This document shows positions 38,959 to 49,395 of a stretch of 57,522 nt of DNA, piece after piece. A program made the position numbers and the translations under genes. The DNA comes from a virus (taxonomy: Duplodnaviria > Caudoviricetes), in IMG/VR virus record IMGVR_UViG_3300025543_000027, positions 1 to 57,522 of that record; one strand, written 5' to 3'. Every line of letters begins with the position of its first letter. The stretch's first letter is position 1. The notes under the pieces are model-generated. The model did no database searches, was not told the origin of the DNA, and saw nothing but the letters and a program-made list of their open reading frames with translations.

Positions 38959-39373
38959 TACTTTTTTCAATAGTAAACATTTTACCACGCACAGCATCAA
39001 AATTCACAGTTGACCATAACCCAGGATGCATGGGTCTAGGCCATGTACCGCTGGCAATCCACGCCCACCCAATATGTTCTTCGTTCAATACTGGGGCAAA
39101 CTCGTTGGCAACGCTGCAAAAGAATGTGTGATAAGAAAATCCTCCATCTGCACTTGTAAATTTTTCTATTGGAACCAACTTTAAATAGTCGGGCATTGAA
39201 CCCACTTCTTCTTGGCACTCTCGAATCATTGCTGCCATCAGTGTTTCGTCTGATTCGACTTTGCCCCCGGGCAATCCCCAAGAATCTGGATGTCTTGTAT
39301 CATTGCGCAACAAATAAAGATACCGCTGTGTGCTGACGCTAAAAAACCAAACCCCAACTGCTGATTGTGTCAT
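38951..39373 (-). CDS. NUDIX hydrolase
   Basis: GGKVESDETLMAAMIRECQEEVG Nudix box; ATG at 39373 overlaps the gp15 stop (TAATG). Confidence 0.9.
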   Translation of the reverse strand: MTQSAVGVWFFSVSTQRYLYLLRNDTRHPDSWGLPGGKVESDETLMAAMIRECQEEVGSMPDYLKLVPIEKFTSADGGFSYHTFFCSVANEFAPVLNEEHIGWAWIASGTWPRPMHPGLWSTVNFDAVRGKMFTIEKSIT

Positions 39374-40785
39374 TATAGTACAATTCTCCATTGACCGCCT
39401 GGGTATAATCCTTGATAACTTTTAACCCAAGTAGTACCAGTCCACTTGTATTGTATTGCAGTGGTAATGTTTGTCACATATTGTAAATTGTCCGGACTCG
39501 ACGCATTGTCAAATACCACTTGCCATTGGCCGTCGATGTATTCGACAATATCATTGGCTTTGGCAATCAATGGTTGTCCCAACGTACCTTCCCAATCGGC
39601 TGCATTACCTGTGTTGCTGCCCGTGGCCTCAGTTAACAAGTAACGTTGCCCAACAGCCGCAGCCGGTAACCCATTGCCAGGACCGCTACGTAATGGATCA
39701 ATGACTGACCTCACTGGTGACAATGTGTTTTGTGGTTTTGTATCTTCGTCAATGGTAAACAACATAAAGCGATCGTCGCTTGGGTCATATGCAACAGTAC
39801 CAGCAACTTCGGTACCGTCTTGTTGTTCTAAAAACACTTGACTGATACCAGGACGTAATACACCATACGCACCTACCAATCCGGTCCATAGCAAGTTGCT
39901 GGGCGGAGAGTCTGCAGGTGTTAAACTGGAATTTGGTTGATCAACCACTGCACTAGGACGCAGTGCTTGCAATTTATTACCAATCAACAATGTTTGGTAA
40001 TCCCACGGAGTAATCACAACTCGTGTGCCCAACAACAAATCATTGTCTAGCACAGCATTGGACGCATCGCCGTTGGCGTCGTGTATGTTGGCAATAATAC
40101 GCTCAACTACGCCCAACTTCTTGACCTTGGCCGGACTTGTGATCCAAATTGGCAACGAGAATGTCAATGTTGCAACATCAATTGCATCGTCTGTGCCAAC
40201 TGGTACTGATCTAGAAGTCCATTGCGAAGATTCCAACTGAACAACACTCAAACTGGTCCAGTCAATGTAATTGTCTGTGCTTTGTATTTCCAATGCAGGG
40301 TTAAACAACACTGCTATTTGTTCCAGCAATTGAAACTTTTGGTTTGTGTTAGACGTCCATACATCCAGTTTCAATGTCAACTTGTACGGCACCGGCATCA
40401 ATCGTTCAATTGTAAATGCATTGCCTTGTGTGGTTTCGTATGTTTGAGTGTTCTCATCGTATGTGCGTTGACGTACCGAAGTCTTGCTTACAAAATATGG
40501 TTCTTGCATCCGTGGACGATCGTAATCAAATCCTGAAATGTAAAACGACATCATCGGAACAGATGTCATAAAGTTTGCTGAATTATTTTGTATAATATTT
40601 TGTACTTGACGACTTGAATCACCATAACGAATTGGCACCCGCACTAGTGTGTGTGCAGTTCCTTCTTCGTTGCGTCCGTATTCAACTTGAAAGTTTGAAA
40701 AAATTCTTGTGAACTGCAACAAGAAACGACGTATTTGTTCGTCGTAAAAGAAGTACGGATTAGTGTTTGCCCCTTCGGTTGCCAT
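39373..40785 (-). CDS. gp15: tail sheath stabiliser/terminator with C-terminal extension
   Basis: FFYDEQIRR, VPIRYG, PVPYKL, QLLEQI..LFNP motifs. Confidence 0.85.
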   Translation of the reverse strand: MATEGANTNPYFFYDEQIRRFLLQFTRIFSNFQVEYGRNEEGTAHTLVRVPIRYGDSSRQVQNIIQNNSANFMTSVPMMSFYISGFDYDRPRMQEPYFVSKTSVRQRTYDENTQTYETTQGNAFTIERLMPVPYKLTLKLDVWTSNTNQKFQLLEQIAVLFNPALEIQSTDNYIDWTSLSVVQLESSQWTSRSVPVGTDDAIDVATLTFSLPIWITSPAKVKKLGVVERIIANIHDANGDASNAVLDNDLLLGTRVVITPWDYQTLLIGNKLQALRPSAVVDQPNSSLTPADSPPSNLLWTGLVGAYGVLRPGISQVFLEQQDGTEVAGTVAYDPSDDRFMLFTIDEDTKPQNTLSPVRSVIDPLRSGPGNGLPAAAVGQRYLLTEATGSNTGNAADWEGTLGQPLIAKANDIVEYIDGQWQVVFDNASSPDNLQYVTNITTAIQYKWTGTTWVKSYQGLYPGGQWRIVL

Positions 40786-40793
40786 TTTGTTTA

Positions 40794-42119
40794 TTACCCG
40801 CCGTTGTCTGCGTCTGGTTTGAGTATGTCACTCAAACTTTGACGACTTGGAATAGCACCACGATCGGTGGTTTGCACAGTTTCTCTATTGTTGACAAATC
40901 CTGCTCTTAGTGAAGAATTCTTGTATGTGGTTTCGTCGTAACCAGTTGCTGGTTCAAACACAGGTGCAGTACGCACACTGTCTTCAATTTTGATCCATGA
41001 CCCGCCGTTGTAGCGGAACAAACGATTTGGAAAGTAATCCAAGCGCAATGCATAATCGCCAGCGGCTGGATTAGACGGAAACCCAACACCGGCTGTGATT
41101 GGCAAGCCATTGGGAGCAACGCCGTCGCCTGTTAGGTAACCAACTGTGTAACCATCTGCACGTGGTGTAGTGCCTTCACCGCCTTGTGTGCCATCCACTG
41201 TTGGGTTTGAATCATCAGCGGTGAGTCCTGCTTGAGCAGGTTGTCCATCTTCTGCGCTAGGAAGAATATAAAATTTGACAGTATCGTAACCTGTCAACGG
41301 AACTTCCGCTGATGCTTGTGTTAATATTGCATCGTTGATTTGTAAATCTTTTGTGCGTGTGGAAGTTTTTCCACCAATTGTATCTGGAGTTTTTTCTGTC
41401 CAGTAGTCAGTGTTGGTGATAGGAGTTCCTGGAGGAACTTCTTTGCTGGCAGTATAATATTTGTCGCCATTGTTGACAACAGTACCAGCAGGATATAAAT
41501 TACCCGGATCCCAAATGTTGTTTGGCTCAAACGGTTGCTTGGTAATGCTGTTGTATTCTTGGGCATTGACCATTGGTGTGGCTTTGACACGCCACAAGTG
41601 TGGCAACCAAGTTTGGCTAAAGCCCTCACTGGCAAATGATGCGTCTTGAATCACATACCATTTAGGCAATGCTTTAACAATACTGGTATCTAATGGGTGA
41701 TAATCTTTTAAATTTGGAACTTCAATTACATCCCCGCTCATGAGTTTGCGCCCAACAGTATCGATCATATCATTATAATGAAATGTAATGAATAATGTGT
41801 CATTGTTTAAGAACAATCCGAATTGAGTTAAATCGAAATCAATGTCCGATACACGATAAACACCACGTTGAACATATACATCTGGATCGTATTGTCGATC
41901 TCTGTTTTCTAACAATAATAAATCTTCGATAAACAAAGGATTTTGAGTATCATAAACGGGCAATGTAGCATCTGCATCACCTGGATCACCTGTAGATGGT
42001 CCGATATATTTGTGGATATATATGTCAAGCCCGCCTACAGTATACATTTCGGATATAGTTCTATCCAAAAACTTGTAATCGGAGGTTTTATTTGGTCTAT
42101 ATAAACTTAAACGGGGCAT
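40794..42119 (-). CDS. gp14: neck protein (gp14-like)
   Basis: Upstream of gp15; LTQFGLFL and GDVIEVP pattern; TAAATA on - at 42127-42132. Confidence 0.7.
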   Translation of the reverse strand: MPRLSLYRPNKTSDYKFLDRTISEMYTVGGLDIYIHKYIGPSTGDPGDADATLPVYDTQNPLFIEDLLLLENRDRQYDPDVYVQRGVYRVSDIDFDLTQFGLFLNNDTLFITFHYNDMIDTVGRKLMSGDVIEVPNLKDYHPLDTSIVKALPKWYVIQDASFASEGFSQTWLPHLWRVKATPMVNAQEYNSITKQPFEPNNIWDPGNLYPAGTVVNNGDKYYTASKEVPPGTPITNTDYWTEKTPDTIGGKTSTRTKDLQINDAILTQASAEVPLTGYDTVKFYILPSAEDGQPAQAGLTADDSNPTVDGTQGGEGTTPRADGYTVGYLTGDGVAPNGLPITAGVGFPSNPAAGDYALRLDYFPNRLFRYNGGSWIKIEDSVRTAPVFEPATGYDETTYKNSSLRAGFVNNRETVQTTDRGAIPSRQSLSDILKPDADNGG

Positions 42120-42149
42120 AGTGTATTATTTAGCTATTCTTTTTGGTGC

Positions 42150-42178
42150 TTGACCAGAAAAACAACTTGTGCTATAAT
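42150..42178 (+). promoter_or_regulatory. sigma70-type (early) promoter
   Basis: TTGACC-17 nt-TATAAT with extended TG. Confidence 0.8.
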
Positions 42179-42208
42179 AACAGCATAATTAGCAGTTTGG
42201 AGAACCTT

Positions 42209-43351
42209 ATGAATGCAACAGCCACCCGTGTCAAAGCACTAAACCCACGTAGCCCTGACACTAAATTTATGGGCCACGAACCCACATGGACAGTCCAGCC
42301 CAGCACAGAAAGTCGAGTCGGGGCAGTGTCGTTGGCGTTTGCTTGGTACAATTACTTTTACAATAAAAAAGATGCTCGCGAGATGGTTGTTGCATATTTA
42401 GAGCACCACGGTCGTAAGGCAGATGTCAAACGTCTTCGTGGTGTAAGCGATGCTACTCTACGGTTGACCACTGCCTGGTTGTGTCGCATGAGCATGGTAG
42501 GACTGCAACTCACTGAGCACGAGCAAACACAACTCGACACAATGCTCAACGAAACACTTGGCTCAAAACAACAAGAAGTAGTTGTAGCAGATCCCAATGC
42601 GGCCACCATTGTCAAGATCACTATCCAAGATCGATTGCGAGAAAAACTAAGCGAATGTGCTGGCGAACTAGAAGGCATGTTTGACGAGTTTATCGCAGAT
42701 GGTGCCAAAATGAGTGCAAGTTACAAACCCATTGCTACAATTCGTGGCATGAATGTGGCACCACAGATGGTCAAAGACATTGCCGCTATTTGGCAAGAAA
42801 AACTTCCTGAATTTGAACAAGCAGTGGCTGGCAAAGACAAAGAGCTCAGCGAAGCATACAGTCACCTTACCAAAATTCAATTGCGCAATGTGATTAAATT
42901 TTGCGAAGCAGTGATCAATGACTGTGGTGCATATGTTCAAATCAAGAAAGTTGAACGCAAGCCGCGCCAAGCAAAAGTTGTTAGTCCTGAAAAACGTGCG
43001 GCCAAATTCAAGTACCAACTAGATTTTGCGGATCTCAAACTTAAAAGTTTGCCTGCTTCTAGTTTGGTGGACAAGAGCGAAGCCTGGTTGTACGACACTA
43101 AAAAGCGTAAACTTATTCACGTTGTAGCAGACTCGCATGTGGGGTCTTTTACTGTAAAAAGCAACAGTATTATTGGATTCTCAACAGTGGAAAGCCAGCA
43201 ACGAACTGTGCGAAAACCTGCTGAAGTCATAAAAGCAATGAGTGCCGCGGGCAAGCCAGCTGCCAGAAAGATTTATAAAGACCTAACAACTACAGAAACT
43301 GTGTTCAACGGTAGAGGCACAGAGAACTTGATCATACTGAAATCTTGGTAA
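42209..43351 (+). CDS. hypothetical protein (probably early, non-structural)
   Basis: GGAGA SD then ATG 42209; the longer ORF-track start lies upstream of the promoter. Confidence 0.8.
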   Translation: MNATATRVKALNPRSPDTKFMGHEPTWTVQPSTESRVGAVSLAFAWYNYFYNKKDAREMVVAYLEHHGRKADVKRLRGVSDATLRLTTAWLCRMSMVGLQLTEHEQTQLDTMLNETLGSKQQEVVVADPNAATIVKITIQDRLREKLSECAGELEGMFDEFIADGAKMSASYKPIATIRGMNVAPQMVKDIAAIWQEKLPEFEQAVAGKDKELSEAYSHLTKIQLRNVIKFCEAVINDCGAYVQIKKVERKPRQAKVVSPEKRAAKFKYQLDFADLKLKSLPASSLVDKSEAWLYDTKKRKLIHVVADSHVGSFTVKSNSIIGFSTVESQQRTVRKPAEVIKAMSAAGKPAARKIYKDLTTTETVFNGRGTENLIILKSW

Positions 43352-43374
43352 ATAAGTAGGAACGGAGTTCCTAC

Positions 43375-44145
43375 ATGGCCATTGAAGTTGAAACAAGTCT
43401 TAACACATTAAAACAAGATCTTATTGAATATGTTCGCCTACAGTTGGGTTCGCAGATTATTGATCTTGAACTTGATGCTGAACATTATGAAGCGGCTTAT
43501 CAACGCACACTAGGTGTTTATCGCCAACGTGCTCAAAATGCGTACGAAGAAAGCTACAGCTATCTAGAGCTTGTGGATGGTGTCGCCATTTATGATTTGC
43601 CACAAGAAGTGATTCAAGTCAAGCAGATCTTCCGTAGAACATTTGGCAATTCACAAGGACCTTTTGCATCAAATTTTGATCCATTTGCTCAAGCGCAGAT
43701 GAGTGTGTACTTGATGAACTTCAACGTATCGGGCGGACTTGCCACATACGATTTCTACAGTCAATATGTTGAATTGGCCGCAAGAATGTTTGGTGGCTAC
43801 ATGAACTTTACATGGAATCCTGTTACCAAAAAACTACAGTTGATTCGTGATCCAAATGGGTCCGGTGAAAATGTACTGTTATGGACATATAACCTAAAGC
43901 CTGAATTCAACTTGTTGCGTGATTTCCAAATATCACAATGGGTGCGTGACTATATGGTTGCCAACTGTAAAATGATCATTGGTGAAGCTCGCGAAAAGTT
44001 TGCGTCAATTGCAGGTCCGCAAGGCGGCTCCACGCTAAACGGTTCTGCAATGAAATCCGAAGCACAAACACAAATGGATGTGTTGGTCGACGATCTTAAA
44101 AACTATGTTGATGGGTCCGAACCGTTGTACTGGGTGATTGGATAA
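43375..44145 (+). CDS. gp13: neck protein / head-tail adaptor
   Basis: LG...IDLEL, WVRDY..A..K.IIGEAREKF, GPQGGSTLNG motifs; TAAATA upstream. Confidence 0.85.
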   Translation: MAIEVETSLNTLKQDLIEYVRLQLGSQIIDLELDAEHYEAAYQRTLGVYRQRAQNAYEESYSYLELVDGVAIYDLPQEVIQVKQIFRRTFGNSQGPFASNFDPFAQAQMSVYLMNFNVSGGLATYDFYSQYVELAARMFGGYMNFTWNPVTKKLQLIRDPNGSGENVLLWTYNLKPEFNLLRDFQISQWVRDYMVANCKMIIGEAREKFASIAGPQGGSTLNGSAMKSEAQTQMDVLVDDLKNYVDGSEPLYWVIG

Positions 44146-44423
44146 TGAGAGCAAGCGAATTTATAACCGAACACAAGTTGGTCTGGGCACGTAAAAAAGG
44201 CAGCGGCGCACCTGTTATGAAATGGCGCTGTGCCAGCGGCCCGCGCAAAGGCCGTGTAGTGCCTACAGCAGCCAAATGTGGCGATGCTCCGGACATAGCC
44301 GCAAAAGAACGCATGAAAAAAACTCGTGCCAAAACAAAAATCATACAGGCACGTAGAGCTAAAAAAACAAAAAAAGTCAATCCAACAAGCCGGTTGGTAG
44401 GCCGTTTGAATAAAAAACGCTAG
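44145..44423 (+). CDS. small basic protein, possible internal head protein
   Basis: MRASEFITE N-terminus; very Lys/Arg-rich. Confidence 0.7.
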   Translation: MRASEFITEHKLVWARKKGSGAPVMKWRCASGPRKGRVVPTAAKCGDAPDIAAKERMKKTRAKTKIIQARRAKKTKKVNPTSRLVGRLNKKR

Positions 44424-44449
44424 ACAAACTGTTATAAAGCTGTTATACT
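44421..44449 (+). promoter_or_regulatory. sigma70-type promoter, probably leaderless transcript
   Basis: TAGACA-17 nt-TATACT with TG; ATG 6 nt after the -10. Confidence 0.65.
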
Positions 44450-44455
44450 ATACGT

Positions 44456-44980
44456 ATGGCAGACTTAATGATCGATCTTGAAGGACTTGGCACAGGTCCC
44501 GACACCACAATACTAACTATAGCCGCACAGAGTTTTGATCCTCTGGGCAACGGCTACAACGAACGCTTTTATTATGCTCGCATCGATCTTGAAAGTCAAG
44601 AAGCTCGTAGCATACAGCAAGACACCATAGACTGGTGGGCAACCCAGCCTGCTGCCGCACGTGACGAAGCATTCAATGAAGCAGATCGTATTCCACTGGA
44701 TCAAGCACTAGACGATCTTGGCAAAATAATATGGCAAAGCAAACGTATCTGGGCACAAGGTCCCACATACGATATGAACATACTGGAACACGCATACAAA
44801 AGCTACAGCAAGCCGTTGCCGTGGATGTTCTATGTGGTTCGTGACAGTAGAACTGTGTTTGGTTTATGGCCAGAGTTGCCAAAGCCTCCCACAAGTCATC
44901 ATGCATTAGAAGATTGCCGCAGACAAATTGACATGTTACAGTTGACATTAAGACATTTAAACGTAAAGGAACTTTCATGA
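44456..44980 (+). CDS. DEDDh 3'-5' exonuclease (DexA/RNase AS-like)
   Basis: MIDLE (ExoI), YD (ExoII), HHALED (ExoIII). Confidence 0.85.
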   Translation: MADLMIDLEGLGTGPDTTILTIAAQSFDPLGNGYNERFYYARIDLESQEARSIQQDTIDWWATQPAAARDEAFNEADRIPLDQALDDLGKIIWQSKRIWAQGPTYDMNILEHAYKSYSKPLPWMFYVVRDSRTVFGLWPELPKPPTSHHALEDCRRQIDMLQLTLRHLNVKELS

Positions 44981-45639
44981 TCGTCGGCGTATGCGGTTTT
45001 ATTGGCAGCGGCAAAGATACTGTTGCTGATTTTTTAACCAACAATTATAATTTTACACATGAATCGTTTGCCGGCAATCTCAAAGATGCAGTAGCACAAG
45101 TATTTGGGTGGCCCAGGGATATGCTAGAAGGCCGTACAGCCAAAGCAAGAGAATGGCGCGAACAAGTAGATCCTTGGTGGGCTGAACGTTTAAACATGCC
45201 CAATTTAACTCCTAGACTAATGCTACAACTATGGGGCACAGAAGTTTGCCGACGAGGATTCCATGACGATATATGGATTGCATCGTTAGAAAATAAACTA
45301 CGTAATAGCCAAGATAAAGTTGTTGTCAGTGACTGTCGTTTCCCAAATGAGATTAAAGCAATTAAATCACAAGGCGGAATTGTAGTGCGTGTAGTGCGTG
45401 GCCCAGAACCCAGCTGGTTAGAACATGCTAAAAATTACATGGCAGGTAATCGTAATCCAAGATTTGCATTGGGCAAACGGCATTTAGATTCATCCAATAT
45501 CCATGCCAGTGAATACTCCTGGATAAACACCGAGTTTGATGCAGTGTTGGACAACAATGGCACACTTGATGATTTGTATAACCAAGTCACAAGTCTGGTA
45601 ACAAGTCCCCGGGCTGCCATGGTAAATCAGACTTTTTGA
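44977..45639 (+). CDS. deoxynucleoside monophosphate kinase (T4 gp1-like)
   Basis: GFIGSGKDT P-loop, FAGNLK, TPRLMLQLWGTE, SDCRFPNE, HASE. Confidence 0.9.
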   Translation: MIVGVCGFIGSGKDTVADFLTNNYNFTHESFAGNLKDAVAQVFGWPRDMLEGRTAKAREWREQVDPWWAERLNMPNLTPRLMLQLWGTEVCRRGFHDDIWIASLENKLRNSQDKVVVSDCRFPNEIKAIKSQGGIVVRVVRGPEPSWLEHAKNYMAGNRNPRFALGKRHLDSSNIHASEYSWINTEFDAVLDNNGTLDDLYNQVTSLVTSPRAAMVNQTF

Positions 45640-45934
45640 TTTCAACAGTGCAATTTAAACATACAGTGCTTAAATTGTTTATGTTTGAATTGTGTAAGTT
45701 GCCGTTTAAATGGTACACCAGTAACTGAGCCGCATACTTTGATTTAAAGCCACATCTGTCACATGTGGCTTTTTTCTTATAGCCGGCTGCTTGCCACCGA
45801 GCCACTGCTGGCTTTATACGACGTTTTTTCTTGACACAAGGATCACATCGTGTTCTGTAGTGTGCTATGTCGTCACGGTAGTAATTAACAGCGCACGGTC
45901 GTTGATTGCAAGCAGTACAAATTGGTCTTTCCAT
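45587..45934 (-). CDS. Zn-finger HNH-like protein
   Basis: Four CxxC pairs; YHLNGNLHN...NLSTVCLNC; ATG 45934 just after TAAATA (45939-45944 on -). Confidence 0.7.
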   Translation of the reverse strand: MERPICTACNQRPCAVNYYRDDIAHYRTRCDPCVKKKRRIKPAVARWQAAGYKKKATCDRCGFKSKYAAQLLVYHLNGNLHNSNINNLSTVCLNCTVEIKKSDLPWQPGDLLPDL

Positions 45935-46030
45935 GGTATATTTACCATAAAAACCTTTGCCAAAGGGAAGCATAACAATGGTTTTTCTGTTTAGGTGCTA
46001 AATATTAGCAACTAGGAAAAGGACCAGACC

Positions 46031-49000
46031 ATGGCATTAACATCACCAGGCGTAGAAGTAACGATTGTCGACGAGAGTCAATACATTCCTGCTGCTACCA
46101 ATTCAGTACCGTATATTTTGTTGTCAACAGCCCAAAACAAAGCCAGTGCAGCAGGCACAGGCGTGGCACCGGGAACATTGGCTGCAAATGCTAACAAAGT
46201 ATATTTGATTACAAGTCAACGTGACTTGGCTGCCACATTTGGCAATCCGTTCTTCTATAAAACAACTGCTGGTACCCCAATCAACGGTTATGAATTAAAT
46301 GAATACGGTTTACTAGCTGCTTACTCTGCATTGGGTGCAAGTAACCGTGTGTATGTACAGCGTGTTGACATTGACTTAACACAGCTAACGGCCACATTAA
46401 CTCGTCCAACAGGCTCGCCAAACAACAACACATACTGGTTAGACACCACCAATTCGCAATGGGGTATTTTTGAGTGGAACCAGACCACCGGTGCTTTTAC
46501 AGTCAAAGCACCTATTGTGATCACAAGCACAACACAATTAGAAGTTGGCACTAGCGTTCCTTTACAAACAGTTGGCAGTATTGGCGACTATGCCATCACA
46601 GCAACCAGTACATTTAACCCAGGCTATTACAAGCGTGGCGGACCAACTTCTGCACAAACAAGCGAAACAGCATTGTCAGACCTGTACAATACATGGGTAT
46701 TGGTTGGTAGTGACGACTGGAAAACTGCGTGGCCCACAGTTGCAGGCACATTGGCTCCGGTATCGTTAACAGCAGGAAATACATTCACTGTAAACGATAC
46801 ATTAATTACAGTTCCTGTCAGCCCCAACAACACAGTTGACGGTGTTGCTGATGCAATCAACACAGCAGCAATTACTGGTGTATATGCTGCCACAATCGGC
46901 GGCAAACTATACATGTATGCTGATAGTACTGCCACCAATGATGGCAGCACAGGCAATGGCGGCATTGTTTCTGTAGCTGCCGGGACAGGCACACCGTTGA
47001 CAACATTGGGTATCACTGCCGACGAGTACTATGCTCCTGCTTATTTGCCAGCACCAAGTTATAGTGCTCCACGTTGGGGTTCTACACAAACTCAACCGCA
47101 TCCAACCGGAAGTGTATGGCAAAAGATTTCAGCAGTTAATTCTGGTGCTGCATTGTCAGTTAAAAAATACAATGCCACATTGGGATTGTTTGTACAACAG
47201 GCTAGCCCATTGTATACATCAACCGCAGCCGCAATTTATGCCCTTGATCCAAGTGGTGGCGGAACCAGCATTGCTTCTGGAGCTACATACGGTCTTGTTG
47301 ACACTTTAAATAATACCACAAGCGGCATTACTATTTTTGAACGATTTGCAACCGGTGCAACAGAAATTACTGGCGACGACGACACCCCCGGACCGTTTGT
47401 ATCTGGTAATACATTCACAATAAGTGCTACACAACCTGGTACAGCAGCATTAACAACTGCTACTGCTGAATTGCTTGGAACCACAACAGCTGACTTTATT
47501 GCCGCAGTTAGTGCTGCCAACATTCCTTACGTTAGTGCTACAACCAACAGTGCAGGCGCAATTGTGTTTACACATTCAGTTGGCGGCGACATTCAATTAA
47601 CTAACGTTCTCGGAACACCTATTACTGCTGCTGGGTTCAATACAAGCGTGCGTGGCGTATCGACATTGTATGCTGCTGGTGTTGCAACCGGGTTAGTATT
47701 GAGTAACTGGGTCACTACTCCAACATTTACATATACTGCAAGCAATGATGCTCCAGATCAAGATCCTTTAGACGGTACATTATGGTACTACAGTGCTGCT
47801 GATCAAGTTGACATCATGATTCAGGACAACGGTACATGGCAAGGTTATCAGAACGTGACAAACGATGTTCGTGGTTACGATTTGAGCAATACCAACGCTA
47901 CCGGTCCTATTATCAGTGCTAGTGCACCAACTACACAAACTGACGAATCTGAGTCTCCATTGGTGTATGGCGATTTGTGGATTGACACAAGCGATTTAGA
48001 AAACTATCCAGTGCTAAGTCGTTGGGAAAGTGTAAGCGGAGTTGATCAATGGGTAGTGGTTGACAATGCTGATCAAACCACGCAAAGTGGCGTATTATTT
48101 GCTGATGCTCGTTGGGCATCAAACGGCACTACTGATCCAATTACAGGCGATTTCCCAACAATTACTAGTTTGTTAACAAGCGATTATTTAGACTTGGATG
48201 CACCTGTACCTACATTATATCCACAAGGTATGTTGTTGTTCAACACACGTCGTTCAGGATTCAACGTCAAGAGTTACCAAGTAAATTACTTTAACGCTGA
48301 CACATTCCCAGACGATACGTTGCCAACAGAAACCAATGCATGGGTAACTGCTAGTGGACTAAAAGCCAATGGTGCTGCCTACATGGGCCGTCAAGCACAA
48401 CGTGCTTTGATTGTTGCGGCTATGAAGGCTGGCATTGATACCAACACTGATATCCGCGAAGAACAGCGTCAGTTCAACTTGATAGCAACACCTGCATATC
48501 CTGAATTGACACCCAACATGATTGCACTCAACAACGAACGCAACAACACAGCATTTGTCATTGGTGATACTCCGTTGCGATTGAACCCACAGGACGTGTT
48601 GACATGGGCCAGCAACAACAATGGACTAGGTTTAGACACTGCTGACGGCTTAATTGCTGCTGACACTTACATGGGCACATTCTACCCAAGTTGCCAAACA
48701 ACTGATCTAAGTGGTAGTTCTGTAGTAACAGCACCAAGTCATATGATGATTAGAACAATCATCCGCAGTGACGAAGTATCGTTCCCGTGGTTTGCACCAG
48801 CAGGAACACGTCGCGGTGTTGTTGACAATGCTTTACAAATTGGTTATATCAATGCAGCCACTGGTGAATTTGAACCATTGGGTGTGCGCCAAGGACTGCG
48901 TGATGTGTTGTATGAAAACTCAATCAACCCAATCACGTTCATTCCCGGAGTTGGTATCACCAACTTTGGTAACAAGACAAGTACAACCACTACAAGTGCA

Positions 49001-49321
49001 TTGGATCGCATCAACGTGGCACGATTGGTTGCGTTTATCCGTGGACGACTAGATGTAATTGGTAAGCAATACTTGTTTGAACCAAATGATCAGATCACTC
49101 GCAATCAGATCAAGAATGCCATCGACGGCTTGATGATTGACTTGGTTGCCAAACGTGCGCTGTACGATTACTTGGTTGTGTGTGACTTGACAAACAACAC
49201 ACCAGCTCGTATCGATCGCAATGAATTGTATGTCGATATTGCCATTGAGCCAGTTAAGGCAGTTGAATTTGTCTACATTCCAGTTCGCATCAAGAACACA
49301 GGAGAGATTGCTGCTGGGTAA
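46031..49321 (+). CDS. gp18: tail sheath protein with large insertion domains
   Basis: SPGVEVTIVDES N-terminus; PWFAPAGTRRG, LYENSINPI, SALDRINVARL, LFEPND, AVEFVYI C-terminus. Confidence 0.93.
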   Translation: MALTSPGVEVTIVDESQYIPAATNSVPYILLSTAQNKASAAGTGVAPGTLAANANKVYLITSQRDLAATFGNPFFYKTTAGTPINGYELNEYGLLAAYSALGASNRVYVQRVDIDLTQLTATLTRPTGSPNNNTYWLDTTNSQWGIFEWNQTTGAFTVKAPIVITSTTQLEVGTSVPLQTVGSIGDYAITATSTFNPGYYKRGGPTSAQTSETALSDLYNTWVLVGSDDWKTAWPTVAGTLAPVSLTAGNTFTVNDTLITVPVSPNNTVDGVADAINTAAITGVYAATIGGKLYMYADSTATNDGSTGNGGIVSVAAGTGTPLTTLGITADEYYAPAYLPAPSYSAPRWGSTQTQPHPTGSVWQKISAVNSGAALSVKKYNATLGLFVQQASPLYTSTAAAIYALDPSGGGTSIASGATYGLVDTLNNTTSGITIFERFATGATEITGDDDTPGPFVSGNTFTISATQPGTAALTTATAELLGTTTADFIAAVSAANIPYVSATTNSAGAIVFTHSVGGDIQLTNVLGTPITAAGFNTSVRGVSTLYAAGVATGLVLSNWVTTPTFTYTASNDAPDQDPLDGTLWYYSAADQVDIMIQDNGTWQGYQNVTNDVRGYDLSNTNATGPIISASAPTTQTDESESPLVYGDLWIDTSDLENYPVLSRWESVSGVDQWVVVDNADQTTQSGVLFADARWASNGTTDPITGDFPTITSLLTSDYLDLDAPVPTLYPQGMLLFNTRRSGFNVKSYQVNYFNADTFPDDTLPTETNAWVTASGLKANGAAYMGRQAQRALIVAAMKAGIDTNTDIREEQRQFNLIATPAYPELTPNMIALNNERNNTAFVIGDTPLRLNPQDVLTWASNNNGLGLDTADGLIAADTYMGTFYPSCQTTDLSGSSVVTAPSHMMIRTIIRSDEVSFPWFAPAGTRRGVVDNALQIGYINAATGEFEPLGVRQGLRDVLYENSINPITFIPGVGITNFGNKTSTTTTSALDRINVARLVAFIRGRLDVIGKQYLFEPNDQITRNQIKNAIDGLMIDLVAKRALYDYLVVCDLTNNTPARIDRNELYVDIAIEPVKAVEFVYIPVRIKNTGEIAAG

Positions 49322-49322
49322 A

Positions 49323-49350
49323 GAAAAGGGAGTGGCAACACTCCTTTTTC
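49323..49350 (+). terminator. rho-independent terminator (GCAA loop)
   Basis: GAAAAGGGAGTG-GCAA-CACTCCTTTTTC; TAAATA at 49368-49373 restarts transcription. Confidence 0.8.
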
Positions 49351-49395
49351 ACCAGACTCGATTACCATAAATAACAGTATATAGGAGAACAACAA

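Noticed and set aside
42143-42208. ORF-track N-terminal extensions (also 1087, 8908, 39391, 45973)
   Set aside because: They overlap promoters or upstream genes; downstream ATGs fit SD, promoter or coupling better
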